Translations under genes and position numbers: made by a program
Part shown: positions 8,528-18,707 of the stretch, in pieces
How the letters are laid out: every line of letters starts with the position of its first letter
How positions within the stretch are numbered: the stretch's first letter is position 1
Origin: Terriglobia bacterium
GTDB lineage: Bacteria > Acidobacteriota > Terriglobia > 20CM-2-55-15
NCBI GenBank assembly: GCA_965198225.1
Contig: CBDAOY010000006.1
Location: forward strand, 640,001-704,000
DNA length: 64,000 nucleotides
Direction of reading: 5' to 3'
The notes under the pieces: model-generated
Database searches by the model: none
What the model was told of the DNA's origin: nothing
What the model saw: only the letters and a program-made list of their open reading frames with translations

Positions 8528-9298
8528 TTAACGTTTGTGCGTGATGCCGAGCGCCACGACGAACATCGCCAGGGCGAAGGCGACGACGATCGCCAGCGAC
8601 AACGCCGGGGTGGGGCCGCCCATCGACGCGTACTGCTCGCTTCCGTAGAGGCTCCAGCGGACGGCGGCGACACCGTAAGTCAGCGGGTTGAACGTCATCA
8701 CCCATTGTAACCACGCCGGAGCGCCGCTCGGCGGGAAAACCGCGCCGGAGAGCAGCCACAGAGGGATCAGGAAAAGGTTCATGATTGCGTGAAATCCCTG
8801 CGTCGAGTCCAGGCTCCATGCGATCACATACCCCAGCCCGGCCAGACCGAACGCGACCAGACCCAACACGGCCAGCGTCAGGGGTATCGCCGACGCGGAT
8901 ATCCCGATCACCATCGGCGCGAGGGCCATGAAGACCACGCCCTGTATGAGCGCGATCGTCGTCGACCCGGAGATCTTCCCCAGGGCAATCGTCGATCTTG
9001 GAATCGGGGCGACCAGCACGGACTGCAGGAACCCTTCCTTGCGATCGTCAATAATCGATATCGTCGCGAAGATCGACGTGAACAGGAGGATCATCACGAC
9101 CGTGCCCGGGAAAAAATACTCCATGTAGTTCATCGTGCCTGTCAGCGTCGGCAGGCTGAACGATCGGCCGACCCCGGAGCCGAGGACGAACCAGAAGACG
9201 AGCGGCGTTCCCAGCGCGCCCACGATGCGGCTCCTCTGGCGGAAGAACCGCACGAGTTCGCGCTTCCAGAGCGTCAGCGACGGGAGTAGGATGCTCAT
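8528..9298 (-). CDS. ABC-2 type permease
   Basis: Six TM segments; DRKEGFL..VLVAP; LSGAVFP; NPLTY. Confidence 0.9.
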   Translation of the reverse strand: MSILLPSLTLWKRELVRFFRQRSRIVGALGTPLVFWFVLGSGVGRSFSLPTLTGTMNYMEYFFPGTVVMILLFTSIFATISIIDDRKEGFLQSVLVAPIPRSTIALGKISGSTTIALIQGVVFMALAPMVIGISASAIPLTLAVLGLVAFGLAGLGYVIAWSLDSTQGFHAIMNLFLIPLWLLSGAVFPPSGAPAWLQWVMTFNPLTYGVAAVRWSLYGSEQYASMGGPTPALSLAIVVAFALAMFVVALGITHKR

Positions 9299-10218
9299 GA
9301 TTCTTCCCAGAAGCGGTGGCCGGTCCGGTCGATGAAAACGTCTTCGAGTGTGGGCTTGGCCAGCGTTACTGAATCGATCATCCCCGGGAACGACTCGATC
9401 AACTCGGCGATGAACTCGTGGCCGTTCGACCGCTCGATCCGCACGCTGCCGTTGAGGACGACCGGTTCGATCCCGAATTTGCCGACGATCTTCTGCCGGA
9501 GAGCATCAGGGTCTTCTGTCGCAAGTGCGATGATGTCGCCGCCGATCCGTCGCTTCAGCTCCGCCGGAGTTCCCGAAGCCACGACCTCTCCCTTGTGGAG
9601 TATCAGGACGCGATCGCATCGATCCGCCTCGTCGATCAGGTGCGTCGTCACCAGGATCGTCACGCTTCCGGACTCGCGCAGCTGTTCCAGGTATTGCCAC
9701 AGATCGTAGCGGGCGCCCGGATCGAGACCGAGCGAAGGTTCGTCCAGGATCAGCAGTTCGGGTTTGTGAAGGAGGCCCTTGGCCAACTCCACGCGTCGAC
9801 GAAGCCCGCCCGACAACGTCTCGACCAGGTTCGCCCGACGGTCTGAGATGCGGAGTCGCTCCATCATCTCGTCCACCCGCCCGGCCAGAACGCGGCCACG
9901 GAGCCCGTAGAGATGACCCTGATGGAACAGGTTCTCCGAAACAGTGAGTTTGACGTCCAGGCTCGGGTTCTGGAAGACGACGCCGATCTTGCGGCGGACC
10001 TCCGCTGCGTCTCGGCTTACGTCGGAGGTTAGTATGGACGCGGAGCCCGCGCTGGGTGGAAACAGGGTGGAGAGGATGCGGAAGAGGGTCGTCTTGCCGC
10101 CTCCGTTCGGGCCGAGGAGTCCGAAGATCTCACCCCGAGCGACGTCGAAACTAACGCCGTTCAGAGCCCGGTGGCTGCCGTAAGAGTGGGAGAGATCCTG
10201 GACTTCGACGACGGACAC
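9295..10218 (-). CDS. ABC transporter ATP-binding protein (DrrA-like)
   Basis: GPNGGGKT, LSGG, ILDEP, PTLEDVF; GTG start just downstream of ctaB. Confidence 0.92.
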   Translation of the reverse strand: MSVVEVQDLSHSYGSHRALNGVSFDVARGEIFGLLGPNGGGKTTLFRILSTLFPPSAGSASILTSDVSRDAAEVRRKIGVVFQNPSLDVKLTVSENLFHQGHLYGLRGRVLAGRVDEMMERLRISDRRANLVETLSGGLRRRVELAKGLLHKPELLILDEPSLGLDPGARYDLWQYLEQLRESGSVTILVTTHLIDEADRCDRVLILHKGEVVASGTPAELKRRIGGDIIALATEDPDALRQKIVGKFGIEPVVLNGSVRIERSNGHEFIAELIESFPGMIDSVTLAKPTLEDVFIDRTGHRFWEES

Positions 10219-10220
10219 GT

Positions 10221-11114
10221 TCAGATCACCTTGTCGATTAGCATCACCATCAGGAGTGCGGGCAGATAGAGAACCGAGACGCGCAGCAACCGCCGCGCCG
10301 CCCCCTTGGATCGATACACAGCCACCGCAACCCCGTAACCCAGGTACGTGAAACCGAGAAGTATCGCCGCGAACAGATACAGCGTTCCGGTGACGCCGAA
10401 GACTGTCGGTAGGAGGCTTACCGGCAAAAGGACGCTGCAGTAGAAAATGATCTGCCGGGAGGCACTGAGTTCCCCCGCGTTCTTTATCGAAAGCCGCGAA
10501 AAACCGCCGCGCATGTAATCGTCGTCGTACACCCACGCGATCGCCAGAAAATGCGGCATCTGCCAGAGAAAGACGATGGCGAAGAGCGACCAACCCATAC
10601 CGTCCAGGCTTCCGCCGGCGGCCGTCCACCCCAGCATGGGAGGGGCCGCGCCCGGAACGGCGCCTACGAGGGTGGCAGCCGCGGTTCGCGTCTTCAATGG
10701 CGTGTAGACGAACGCGTACAGGAAGAGCGTAAGAGCCGCAAGTGTCCCGGTCAGGATGTTCGTGAGAATCAGGAGGTAGCCCACACCGCCGAGGGAAATC
10801 GCGACCGCAAATAGCAGAGCTTCGCCTTCCGGAATCCGTCCGTCGGGAAGCGGCCGGTCCTTGGTTCGGACCATCCGAGCGTCGTGGTGACGCTCCAGGT
10901 ACTGGTTCAAGGCGCTCGCGCCGCCGGCGACGAGACCCGTCCCCACGATCGAGTGCAGGAGCAGGAGCGAGTTCAGCCCCTGTGACGAGCCCATATAGAA
11001 ACCGACGAGGGTCGTGATGAGAACCAGCGCCGTGATGCGGGGCTTCGTCAGTTCGAGATACTCGAAGATCCGCCCTCGCCGAACAGCGACATCTACTCCG
11101 AGGGTCCGCGTCAT
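10221..11114 (-). CDS. ctaB: Protoheme IX farnesyltransferase (heme o synthase)
   Basis: LTKPRI, NQYLERHHDARMVRTKDRPL, YTPLK, WQMPHF; ATG overlaps the ctaA stop. Confidence 0.95.
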   Translation of the reverse strand: MTRTLGVDVAVRRGRIFEYLELTKPRITALVLITTLVGFYMGSSQGLNSLLLLHSIVGTGLVAGGASALNQYLERHHDARMVRTKDRPLPDGRIPEGEALLFAVAISLGGVGYLLILTNILTGTLAALTLFLYAFVYTPLKTRTAAATLVGAVPGAAPPMLGWTAAGGSLDGMGWSLFAIVFLWQMPHFLAIAWVYDDDYMRGGFSRLSIKNAGELSASRQIIFYCSVLLPVSLLPTVFGVTGTLYLFAAILLGFTYLGYGVAVAVYRSKGAARRLLRVSVLYLPALLMVMLIDKVI

Positions 11115-12088
11115 GCCGGCTGATCGATCGGTTGAGCGCGAGTCTGGAGCTGGGGAGTCACCATCGCGAACGCGCGCAGAGTCAACAGCAGAGAGATGCC
11201 GAGGATTACCGCCCCTGTCACAACGTGAAGGGTCGTGATTATGACGGCCCGCCCGGTCCAGATCGTAAAAGCGCCCAGCGTCACCTGAACGAGCAGCAGA
11301 GACGCCATGATGACTGCGGGGCGGAACAGCCGTGGTTGTGAGCGGTACTCCGAAACGATCCGAATCAGGGTCCACAACACCATCCCGGTCACGAGCAGCG
11401 CGCCGATACGGTGTGCGAAGTGAATCATGATCGACGTTGACTCAAACCTTGGAATGATTCTTCCGAACGCAAGTGGAAAGTCCGGAATCGCCAACCCCGA
11501 ATTCGTGTGGCGCATCAGAGCGCCCAGCATGAGTTGGAGGTAGATCGCACCTGTTGTCAGGCCGCACAGCCAGGGCAGGCTCGGGCTGCCCGTCCGTTCG
11601 CCTGCCGAAGGCAGCCCGCGTTTCCAGTCGGGCGAGGTGAACAGCGCCAGGGCGATGATCATGCAGAAGAATGTCTGCGCCAGCGTGGCATGAGCGACCG
11701 AGATCGGAGTCGGGAGGAGGTATAGAACGGTGAGCCCGCCGAGTATGGCCTGCCCGATGACGGCTCCCAGGGCGCCGAGCGTCAACCACCGGACCCATGG
11801 CCGATTGTCTTTCAACGATACCCAGACCGCCAGCGCGAACGTCAGAAGGCCGACGAACCCGGCCACCATCCGGTGCCCGTGCTCATAGAAAATCCCGCCG
11901 ACCATCGGCGGGAAGAACATTCCGTAGGAGAGGGGCCAATCGGGAACTGCGAGGCCGGATTCCGTACTGGTTACCAGCCCGCCCGCGAAAATCAGGAACG
12001 TGGTGCTCAGTGCGGTGAACACCGTGAATCGGTGAAGCCAGAGGTTTTCCGGCTCCGGCGACTCCGGTCCCGCAGATTCCCGTGACAT
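11111..12088 (-). CDS. ctaA: Heme a synthase (COX15/CtaA)
   Basis: GLAVPDWP, EHGHR, HATLA, HFAHR, TLH; lacks the loop Cys pair. Confidence 0.92.
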   Translation of the reverse strand: MSRESAGPESPEPENLWLHRFTVFTALSTTFLIFAGGLVTSTESGLAVPDWPLSYGMFFPPMVGGIFYEHGHRMVAGFVGLLTFALAVWVSLKDNRPWVRWLTLGALGAVIGQAILGGLTVLYLLPTPISVAHATLAQTFFCMIIALALFTSPDWKRGLPSAGERTGSPSLPWLCGLTTGAIYLQLMLGALMRHTNSGLAIPDFPLAFGRIIPRFESTSIMIHFAHRIGALLVTGMVLWTLIRIVSEYRSQPRLFRPAVIMASLLLVQVTLGAFTIWTGRAVIITTLHVVTGAVILGISLLLTLRAFAMVTPQLQTRAQPIDQPA

Positions 12089-12095
12089 CGAGCAC

Positions 12096-12893
12096 TTATT
12101 CGGAGGTGGTCGTTTCGCCTTCAGAGAAGGTGAAGTTCAGCTCGGCCGTCGCGTTGTCGGCCACTTCCACAGTCGAGACCTGCTCTCCGTACTTTTCATG
12201 CCAGGCGACGACTTCGTAGGTTCCCGGCGGCAGTTTCAGCTCGTAGCTTCCCGTACCGGCCGAGGTGGTGTGGAACGGATGGTCGAACACGCCGACGAAA
12301 GAATTCATCCACCGGTGTACGTCGCATCGGATCGGAAGAGGCATTTCGGGCTGATCGAAAGTCTTCTTGGTCTCCATGCCCTGAACCGGCTGACCGATGT
12401 TGAACGGGGTGTTGACTTCGGCCCACGCATGGATGTTGTGGAGCGTCGTGTCGCTGTTCGTGATCGACAGTTCCTGGCTGGCCATCATCGTAAACACGTG
12501 CGGCGAGTAGACACAATTCGCCTGATCGATCACTACGGGCTCGCTCGGCACGGGGTAGGTAGCCCCCTCGTGTCCCGAGCGCACGTAAAGGATGACGTTC
12601 TGGAGCTTGCTGTCTTCGGTGACGAGAACTTCCTGGCTCGTCGCCCCCTCGCTGTGCGACTGGCAGAACGGGTCGGCGGCCATCTGAATCCGGGCGGCTG
12701 CGGGAACTTCTCCCTCGAACATGATGTTGCCCGATATCGTCCCGGTCGCTGAGGCGGGATCGTAGGAAGCGCCGCCACCCGCGGCACCGCCGCTCGGCGC
12801 AGGAGGCAACCCACTCGAATCATCGCCGCCGCCGCAACCCGCGAGGATCACCAGCACGGAGAGAATCGAGAGAACCAACTTACTCTTGTGCAT
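12096..12893 (-). CDS. Lipoprotein with cupredoxin-like and carboxypeptidase-regulatory-like domains
   Basis: Lipobox ILAGC; IDQANCVYSPH, LHNIH, CDVHRWM (type-1 Cu-like His/Cys/His/Met); LPPGTYEVVAWHE. Confidence 0.8.
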   Translation of the reverse strand: MHKSKLVLSILSVLVILAGCGGGDDSSGLPPAPSGGAAGGGASYDPASATGTISGNIMFEGEVPAAARIQMAADPFCQSHSEGATSQEVLVTEDSKLQNVILYVRSGHEGATYPVPSEPVVIDQANCVYSPHVFTMMASQELSITNSDTTLHNIHAWAEVNTPFNIGQPVQGMETKKTFDQPEMPLPIRCDVHRWMNSFVGVFDHPFHTTSAGTGSYELKLPPGTYEVVAWHEKYGEQVSTVEVADNATAELNFTFSEGETTTSE

Positions 12894-12969
12894 TTTACGA
12901 ATCTCCTGAATATATAAGGTTGAAATATAGGTAGCCCAAACTATGGACTATAGCATTATTCTGAACCCA

Positions 12970-13039
12970 GTGTAGGTGCGGTCTATGACCGCACATTCCT
13001 CGTGCCGCAACAACGCGCGCTCATAGAGCGCACCTACAC
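12970..13039. repeat. GTAG-type REP doublet (REPIN) copy 1
   Basis: gtgtaggtgcggtctatgaccgcac...gcgcgctcatagagcgcacctacac. Confidence 0.85.
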
Positions 13040-13133
13040 CACCCCGGCGGGCTAAACGCCTGTAAACACGTACGAAAGGGCGACCGCCGCCGGCCGCCCT
13101 TACACGGAATTCGATCCACTCCGTTCCAAGCCG

Positions 13134-16070
13134 TCAGTTGTCGTCGCTGATTCGGCTCGGACCCCCGCCCACGGTGACGAACAGATGGTCCCGGACTGCC
13201 TCGATCTGTGCCTGGACATCCCCGCCGAGGACATCCGGAAGGGGGGACACTCCCTGATCGAAGAAGGTCGGCATCCGGGTTCCCGGCGCGATCCCCTGTG
13301 GATCGAGTATCCAATCCATCACCCACTGCGGTCGAAGCCGTTCGCTCGAGAGCATCAGGTTCGGCGCCAGGTCCGCGGCCGTGACGCCTGGCGGAAGCGG
13401 GCCGTCGTCGGTCGGATGGCATCGCTCACACTGGAGCAGCGTAAACAGGCGGTCTCCCACCTGGAGTCGCTCTCTCGTGGTTGCCACCTCAGTCGTGATG
13501 AACGGGAACTCCGCCTCATCCAGCGCCGAGAAATAGCGCGCGATCGTCGTCGCGTCCGATTCGTCGAAGTAGAACGTCGGCATCCGCGCCGTCAGCCAGG
13601 GCCTCAACGTGGTTTCACCAGGGTCCTTCAGGAACGGGTGGAGCCAGAGCGGTTGCGTCTTGGCACCCTGTGTGTTGAGCAGCGGGGGCCACAAGGCCTG
13701 GTCTTCGATCGTCGAGCGGATGTCTCCACCGCCGGCCTCGACATCGTGACAGCCCCGGCAGTTGCGCCGGGAGACCAGCGCGCGGCCGGCCTCGAGGTCC
13801 GCGGTGAGCACGTTGCGCATGTCGGGGGGCACACGATCTTTGACCATGCCCGTCAGGACCATCACGATCCCCTCGACCTGTTCGTCGGTGAAATCGAAGT
13901 CCGGCATCCGGGCGAGCTCTTCCGGACGTTTGACGCGGCCCACATCGAAGATCCGCGGGTCCCTGAGCTTCTGCGCGTACCACGCACTGCGTTCGTGCGG
14001 AAGGCAGTCCTCGGAGGTACTGATAGCACACTCGAGAAAACCGAAATCCAACCGTGTGATCAGCTTGCTGCCGGCTTCGGTCAGCTCTGTGCCGATCGGC
14101 TGGGTCTCCTCGAAACCCTCGATCGTGTGACAGCCGAAGCAGCCATAACGAGCGATCAGGCGTTCACCCGTGTACAGGTTCTTTTCTTCCAGCGACATCG
14201 ATTCCAGGCGCTGTTGGGCTTCGATGCCGGTCGAACCGGCGCGCAGGAACTCCAGCGTGACCTCGTCCAGCGCAGCTTCGTCAGGTTCGGGAAAAACAGA
14301 CGCCTCGAAATCGGGATTGGTCAGGGAACTCAGGTATGCCGCGACGTCGGCAGCCTCGGCAACCGTCAGGCGCAGACTGGGCATGTTCGTGTCATGCCAG
14401 ACGATTTGTGGGTCACGGACCCAGTTGTAGAGCCACTCTGAGGTGACCTTGCTCCCCTGGCTGGCCAGGTTGTACCCGAACCGCCGTCGATGCTGCGTCC
14501 GCGCATCGTCTGCTTCGATCGGGCCGACGGCGTGGCAGCCGAAGCAGCCGACGGTTTCGACAAGCTCCTTCCCGCTTTCCACGTTGCCGTTGGTTCGCGC
14601 GGCCGGGAGCGGGTTGTCCCGGGACTTGGAAAAGAGGAATTCCGTGATCGCGGTGATCTCGGCGATACTCCGTGGTTCATGTTCCGGGCCGCTGTTGTTG
14701 CTGTTGCCCCAGAACTGCGGCATGCGGGCTTCGGACTTGAACGCTCTTGGTTCGCGCAGCCACTTGAGGACCCATTCCTTTTCCAACTTGCTTGCGATCG
14801 TTGTCAGGTCCGGCCCGACGCGGCGGACGTCTTCATAGCCCGGGATTCGGTGGCAGCCGAAGCAGCCGTACATGCGGATCAGATCCCGACCCGCGTTCAG
14901 CGCTGGTGCTTCTGGAACGTCACCCGCACCCGTGTGGCACTTGAGGCATGTCGCTTCGATCCGGTTCATCGGGATCATCGGCGTTTCCAGATAGTGCTGC
15001 TCGTGCCAGTCGTACTCTTCTTCCCATTCTGCCTGCTGAGCCCCGTTCACCGGAGTGTGACCGGCGCGTGCGAACTCGACCGCGCGGTCAAGTCCCGAAT
15101 GGCAGGTCGTGCAGCCGAACTGATCGATCGGGTGCGGGGAGTCCCCACCGAGGTACCTGCCGAGGTCCGGATGGGTCGTGAACGGCGCCGGCGCGTCGGC
15201 AAACGCCGCCTGGTCGATACCCAGGTGGCAGGTCGTGCAGCGATCCACCCTCGGGATCTGCATGAACGGATGTTCGTTGAACAGGGTAGGTAGGATGATC
15301 TGGTTGACCTTCTCCGATGGATTCAGCATGTCCAGAACCGGTGCGTTCCGGAACGATGTGACGACGAATCCCGGATCCAGGGTATTCAGAACGGCGTCGA
15401 TGCGGTTGTACTCGGCCAGAGCCGTATCGAGTTCGCCCTGGATGCCGTCCCGGCTGCCGATGATCGCGTTGAGCTCTTCCCCGGCGGCGCGGATATCCAG
15501 CGTCAACTGGTCGACCCGCAAACCGTACTCATTAATCTGGGCCAGCGTTGCTTCGGCCCTCTGGCCCAGTGCTTCCGCGTTTGAGGCGTCGTTGGCACGG
15601 GCTTCATCGTAGTCGTACTTTTCCACGTCGTAACTCGCCCGGGAGAAGCGGAAGTCCTGGTCGGCGGCGTAGAGCTCAGCGTTGAAATCGTCGATGACGC
15701 CCTGGATGCGGTCGATCTCGGCCTCGTTCTCGGCGAGCGCCGCCTGGGCCTGTCCCAACTGGCCCTGCAGTTCATCGAACCGAGCCCTGTCGATCGCGTT
15801 CGCCGCGTTGTCTCGTTCGGCGAGGGTGCTGTCGATGCTCATCCGTGTGAACGCTCGCTGGTACTGTCTCCAGTCGCGGGTGTAGTCGGCCAGGATCATC
15901 CAGACCGTGAACCCAAACAGCAGCAGGCTGGAAATGGCGAACCACTTGTGCAGGTTGTCGGCCTCGTACAGCCGGTCGCCCCGCTGTCCGATGTTCAGCG
16001 CGTCGTCCTTCTTCGCGGGAGGAGGAATGGCTGGTTTTTTGTCTCCACCGATGGGTGTTTCGCTACTCAT
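13134..16070 (-). CDS. Membrane-anchored multiheme cytochrome c (8 CxxCH)
   Basis: N-terminal TM, long coiled-coil, then CTTCH, CTTCH, CLKCH, CFGCH x3, CRGCH, CERCH; repeated class-I-like W..dP....RMP distal-Met motifs. Confidence 0.92.
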   Translation of the reverse strand: MSSETPIGGDKKPAIPPPAKKDDALNIGQRGDRLYEADNLHKWFAISSLLLFGFTVWMILADYTRDWRQYQRAFTRMSIDSTLAERDNAANAIDRARFDELQGQLGQAQAALAENEAEIDRIQGVIDDFNAELYAADQDFRFSRASYDVEKYDYDEARANDASNAEALGQRAEATLAQINEYGLRVDQLTLDIRAAGEELNAIIGSRDGIQGELDTALAEYNRIDAVLNTLDPGFVVTSFRNAPVLDMLNPSEKVNQIILPTLFNEHPFMQIPRVDRCTTCHLGIDQAAFADAPAPFTTHPDLGRYLGGDSPHPIDQFGCTTCHSGLDRAVEFARAGHTPVNGAQQAEWEEEYDWHEQHYLETPMIPMNRIEATCLKCHTGAGDVPEAPALNAGRDLIRMYGCFGCHRIPGYEDVRRVGPDLTTIASKLEKEWVLKWLREPRAFKSEARMPQFWGNSNNSGPEHEPRSIAEITAITEFLFSKSRDNPLPAARTNGNVESGKELVETVGCFGCHAVGPIEADDARTQHRRRFGYNLASQGSKVTSEWLYNWVRDPQIVWHDTNMPSLRLTVAEAADVAAYLSSLTNPDFEASVFPEPDEAALDEVTLEFLRAGSTGIEAQQRLESMSLEEKNLYTGERLIARYGCFGCHTIEGFEETQPIGTELTEAGSKLITRLDFGFLECAISTSEDCLPHERSAWYAQKLRDPRIFDVGRVKRPEELARMPDFDFTDEQVEGIVMVLTGMVKDRVPPDMRNVLTADLEAGRALVSRRNCRGCHDVEAGGGDIRSTIEDQALWPPLLNTQGAKTQPLWLHPFLKDPGETTLRPWLTARMPTFYFDESDATTIARYFSALDEAEFPFITTEVATTRERLQVGDRLFTLLQCERCHPTDDGPLPPGVTAADLAPNLMLSSERLRPQWVMDWILDPQGIAPGTRMPTFFDQGVSPLPDVLGGDVQAQIEAVRDHLFVTVGGGPSRISDDN

Positions 16071-16082
16071 TGCTCTCTCCGC

Positions 16083-17162
16083 CTAGATATTGAAAAAGTA
16101 CTCCGGAATTCCGATGATGTACTTCAGGTTGAACAGCCACCGCATCACCATCTTGATCGGCAGCGACGCCATCGCCAGCAGCAGGAACACCATCACGTGG
16201 TACCGAGCCGGCCCCAGCGTCTTGAAGAAGCCCTTGAATATAGTCTTTGCCAGAAGAGGGGGAATCAGTAACAAATAGCCAAGGACCACCAGGAACCCGA
16301 AGCTTTCGCGCAGCAAGATGTTTGACGGCAGCCCGACACCCAAGGCCTTAACCCAGATGTATTCCGAAAGGTTCACGTTTACCAGGGCTTCCAGTTTGTG
16401 GACGTCCCAGTATTCGTAGGGTCCGAAGAAGTTCCAGTTTGGCCCCCTCAGAAAGGTCCCCAGGATCACGAGCAACACCCACAGGATCAGGAACCCGAAC
16501 AGGAAAGTCATGATTTCCCAACTGCGCTCCTTGAAGGTGTAGTAACCGTTTCCTTTCGGGTTCGTGTCGATGTAAGGGATCGCCATCAGGCCGACGATGA
16601 TCAGGCTCGGGAACACCACGCCGGCGAGCCAGGGATCGAAGTAGACCAACATCTCCTGGAGGCCCAGGAAGTACCATGGCGCCTTCGACGGGTTCGGCGT
16701 ATTGGCCGGGTTTGCAGGCTCCTCGATAGGCGCCGCGATCAGAATCGACCATCCGATCAGGACGAAGGTCAGGACGACCATGCAGATCAACTCGGTATAG
16801 ACCAAGTCGGGCCAGCTCAGAACCTTGGATGCCGTCTCTTCCTTCTCGATCAGGGGTTGTCCTTCCTCTATTCGCTTGTCGTTGCGGATCCCTTCCCGGA
16901 GCGCGTACCAGGTGAAGAACGGGATAAGGAAGAGCATACCGACGATCGGCACGTTGTCCGGCTTCGTGACGATCAGCCGAAAGTCCGCGTCCAGCATGCT
17001 GATCCCCATGAACAAAGCCATTCCCGGGAACAGGATCATCGCCGCCTTGTCGCTGTAAAACGTCTGCCTGTACTTGGCCGAGATGAAGAGCAGGATGGCG
17101 GCCAACGTGATGAGGTACTGCGGAATCGTCAGGAAATTGATGATGTCTTTGATGAAATCCAT
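16083..17162 (-). CDS. Cytochrome b C-terminal subunit (subunit IV-like) with extra TM helices
   Basis: WPDLVYTE, EEPANP..TPNPSKAPWYFLG (Qo-loop equivalent), AIPYID. Confidence 0.88.
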   Translation of the reverse strand: MDFIKDIINFLTIPQYLITLAAILLFISAKYRQTFYSDKAAMILFPGMALFMGISMLDADFRLIVTKPDNVPIVGMLFLIPFFTWYALREGIRNDKRIEEGQPLIEKEETASKVLSWPDLVYTELICMVVLTFVLIGWSILIAAPIEEPANPANTPNPSKAPWYFLGLQEMLVYFDPWLAGVVFPSLIIVGLMAIPYIDTNPKGNGYYTFKERSWEIMTFLFGFLILWVLLVILGTFLRGPNWNFFGPYEYWDVHKLEALVNVNLSEYIWVKALGVGLPSNILLRESFGFLVVLGYLLLIPPLLAKTIFKGFFKTLGPARYHVMVFLLLAMASLPIKMVMRWLFNLKYIIGIPEYFFNI

Positions 17163-17178
17163 TCTGATCGCCTACTTT

Positions 17179-17991
17179 CTACAGAGGGCCGGAAATGCCG
17201 CCGTCCCTGCGGATTCTCCAGAAATGCACCGCCATCAGGAAGCCGGCAACCAGGGGCAGCCCGACGCAGTGCAACACGTAGAAGCGCAGGAGGGCCCCCT
17301 CGCCGACGAACGTTCCGCCCAGAAGGGCGAAGCGGGCGTCGCTGGTGTTGTTCACGAGGTTGATGTCTCCCAGCGACAGCAGGGCGGCGCCGGGGCCTTC
17401 GTGGCCCAGGAAGGGTGTCGCACGCGCCATGTTTGAACCCACGGTGATGGCCCACATGGCCAACTGATCCCACGGCAGCAGGTAACCCGTAAAGCTTAGC
17501 AGCAGCGTCAGGACGAGCAGGATGACCCCGACGCCCCAGTTGAATTCGCGCGGTGGCTTGTAGGAACCGGTCATGAACACACGGAACATGTGCAGCCACA
17601 CCGAGATCACCATCAGATGGGCGCCCCATCGGTGAATCTCACGCATGATTCCCAACGGCACCTGTTCGCGCAGGTCGATGATGTCGACGTAAGCGTATTC
17701 GAGCGTCGGCCGGTAGTAGAACATCAGCAGCAGACCGGTAAACGTCAACACAAGGAACAGGAAGAACGTGATTCCTCCCATACACCAGGTGAAGCGGAGC
17801 CGGATTCCCGATTTCCGTACCTTCACGGGGTGGAGGTGCAGAAAGACGTTGCCCAGCATTACAAGCATCCGTTTCCGGTCCGAGCTCGGTACGCCGACCC
17901 GGAAGACCGATCGGTAAATCTGGCTTTCCTGGATGGTCTCTCCGAGGCTGGAGAGCGATAGCTTCGACAGCAAATCCTTGAATTTACTCAT
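17179..17991 (-). CDS. qcrB: Cytochrome b6-type subunit of a Rieske/cytochrome b complex
   Basis: WCMGGI (heme ci Cys), [22 protein letters not shown]-x14-H, C-terminal GISGPL. Confidence 0.95.
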   Translation of the reverse strand: MSKFKDLLSKLSLSSLGETIQESQIYRSVFRVGVPSSDRKRMLVMLGNVFLHLHPVKVRKSGIRLRFTWCMGGITFFLFLVLTFTGLLLMFYYRPTLEYAYVDIIDLREQVPLGIMREIHRWGAHLMVISVWLHMFRVFMTGSYKPPREFNWGVGVILLVLTLLLSFTGYLLPWDQLAMWAITVGSNMARATPFLGHEGPGAALLSLGDINLVNNTSDARFALLGGTFVGEGALLRFYVLHCVGLPLVAGFLMAVHFWRIRRDGGISGPL

Positions 17992-18086
17992 AAAAAGAAC
18001 CTAACTATGTACTGTGGGCACAGGCGGGCAAGGTCCTAGCGTGGATGCAACCCTCCTGACCCAATTACCTTCCGCGAACCGCGGAC

Positions 18087-18641
18087 TTACAACGGCAGAA
18101 ACGCCTGAGGGCTACTCCACTCACCCTTCTCTTGCTGGTACTTCTTGGCCCTCTCGACGCGGATCTGGCCGTCCTCGGCCATCGTGATCGTATACCGCTC
18201 CAGCGGTCGAGGCGCCGGGCCTTCAAAATTGATGCCGGTCTTGTAGAAACCGCTCCCATGACATGGGCACTTGAACTTCTGCTCTGCCTCCAGCCAGTTC
18301 GGCGTGCAGCCCAGGTGGGTGCAGGTGGTCGACAGGGCGTAAATACCTTCCTCGTTGCGGACCAGCCAGACGCCGAACCGCTCCTTGAAACGCTCGTCGA
18401 CCATGCCTATCTGGAGCTCGCTCGGATCGCCGGCCTTGAAGGCCGACGGCGGTTCGAACAGGACATTGGGGAACATGAAACGTGCCGTCGCCGTCGCCGA
18501 GGCGACCATGGAGGCGGTGAACGCCATCCACGCGACGCTCATCCAGGAAAGAAAGGACCGACGGGGCAATTCCTTCCTTTTCGCAGGTGCCTTTGGCGGC
18601 TTTTTTGCCTCGGGCGGCACTTGAGGATTCTCTTGGCTCAT
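18087..18641 (-). CDS. qcrA: Rieske 2Fe-2S subunit
   Basis: Tat motif PRRSFL plus TM; CTHLGC; CPCHGSGF; GPAPRPL. Confidence 0.95.
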   Translation of the reverse strand: MSQENPQVPPEAKKPPKAPAKRKELPRRSFLSWMSVAWMAFTASMVASATATARFMFPNVLFEPPSAFKAGDPSELQIGMVDERFKERFGVWLVRNEEGIYALSTTCTHLGCTPNWLEAEQKFKCPCHGSGFYKTGINFEGPAPRPLERYTITMAEDGQIRVERAKKYQQEKGEWSSPQAFLPL

Positions 18642-18707
18642 CAGTAGACTCCTCGTTCAGTGAAGTTTGATTTCGAACACAGATAGAGAATTATTAATCT
18701 CGGAACG

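Noticed and set aside
13185-17363. Long + strand ORFs (418, 267, 321 aa) opposite the cytochrome genes
   Set aside because: Antisense shadows typical of high-GC coding DNA, with no motifs
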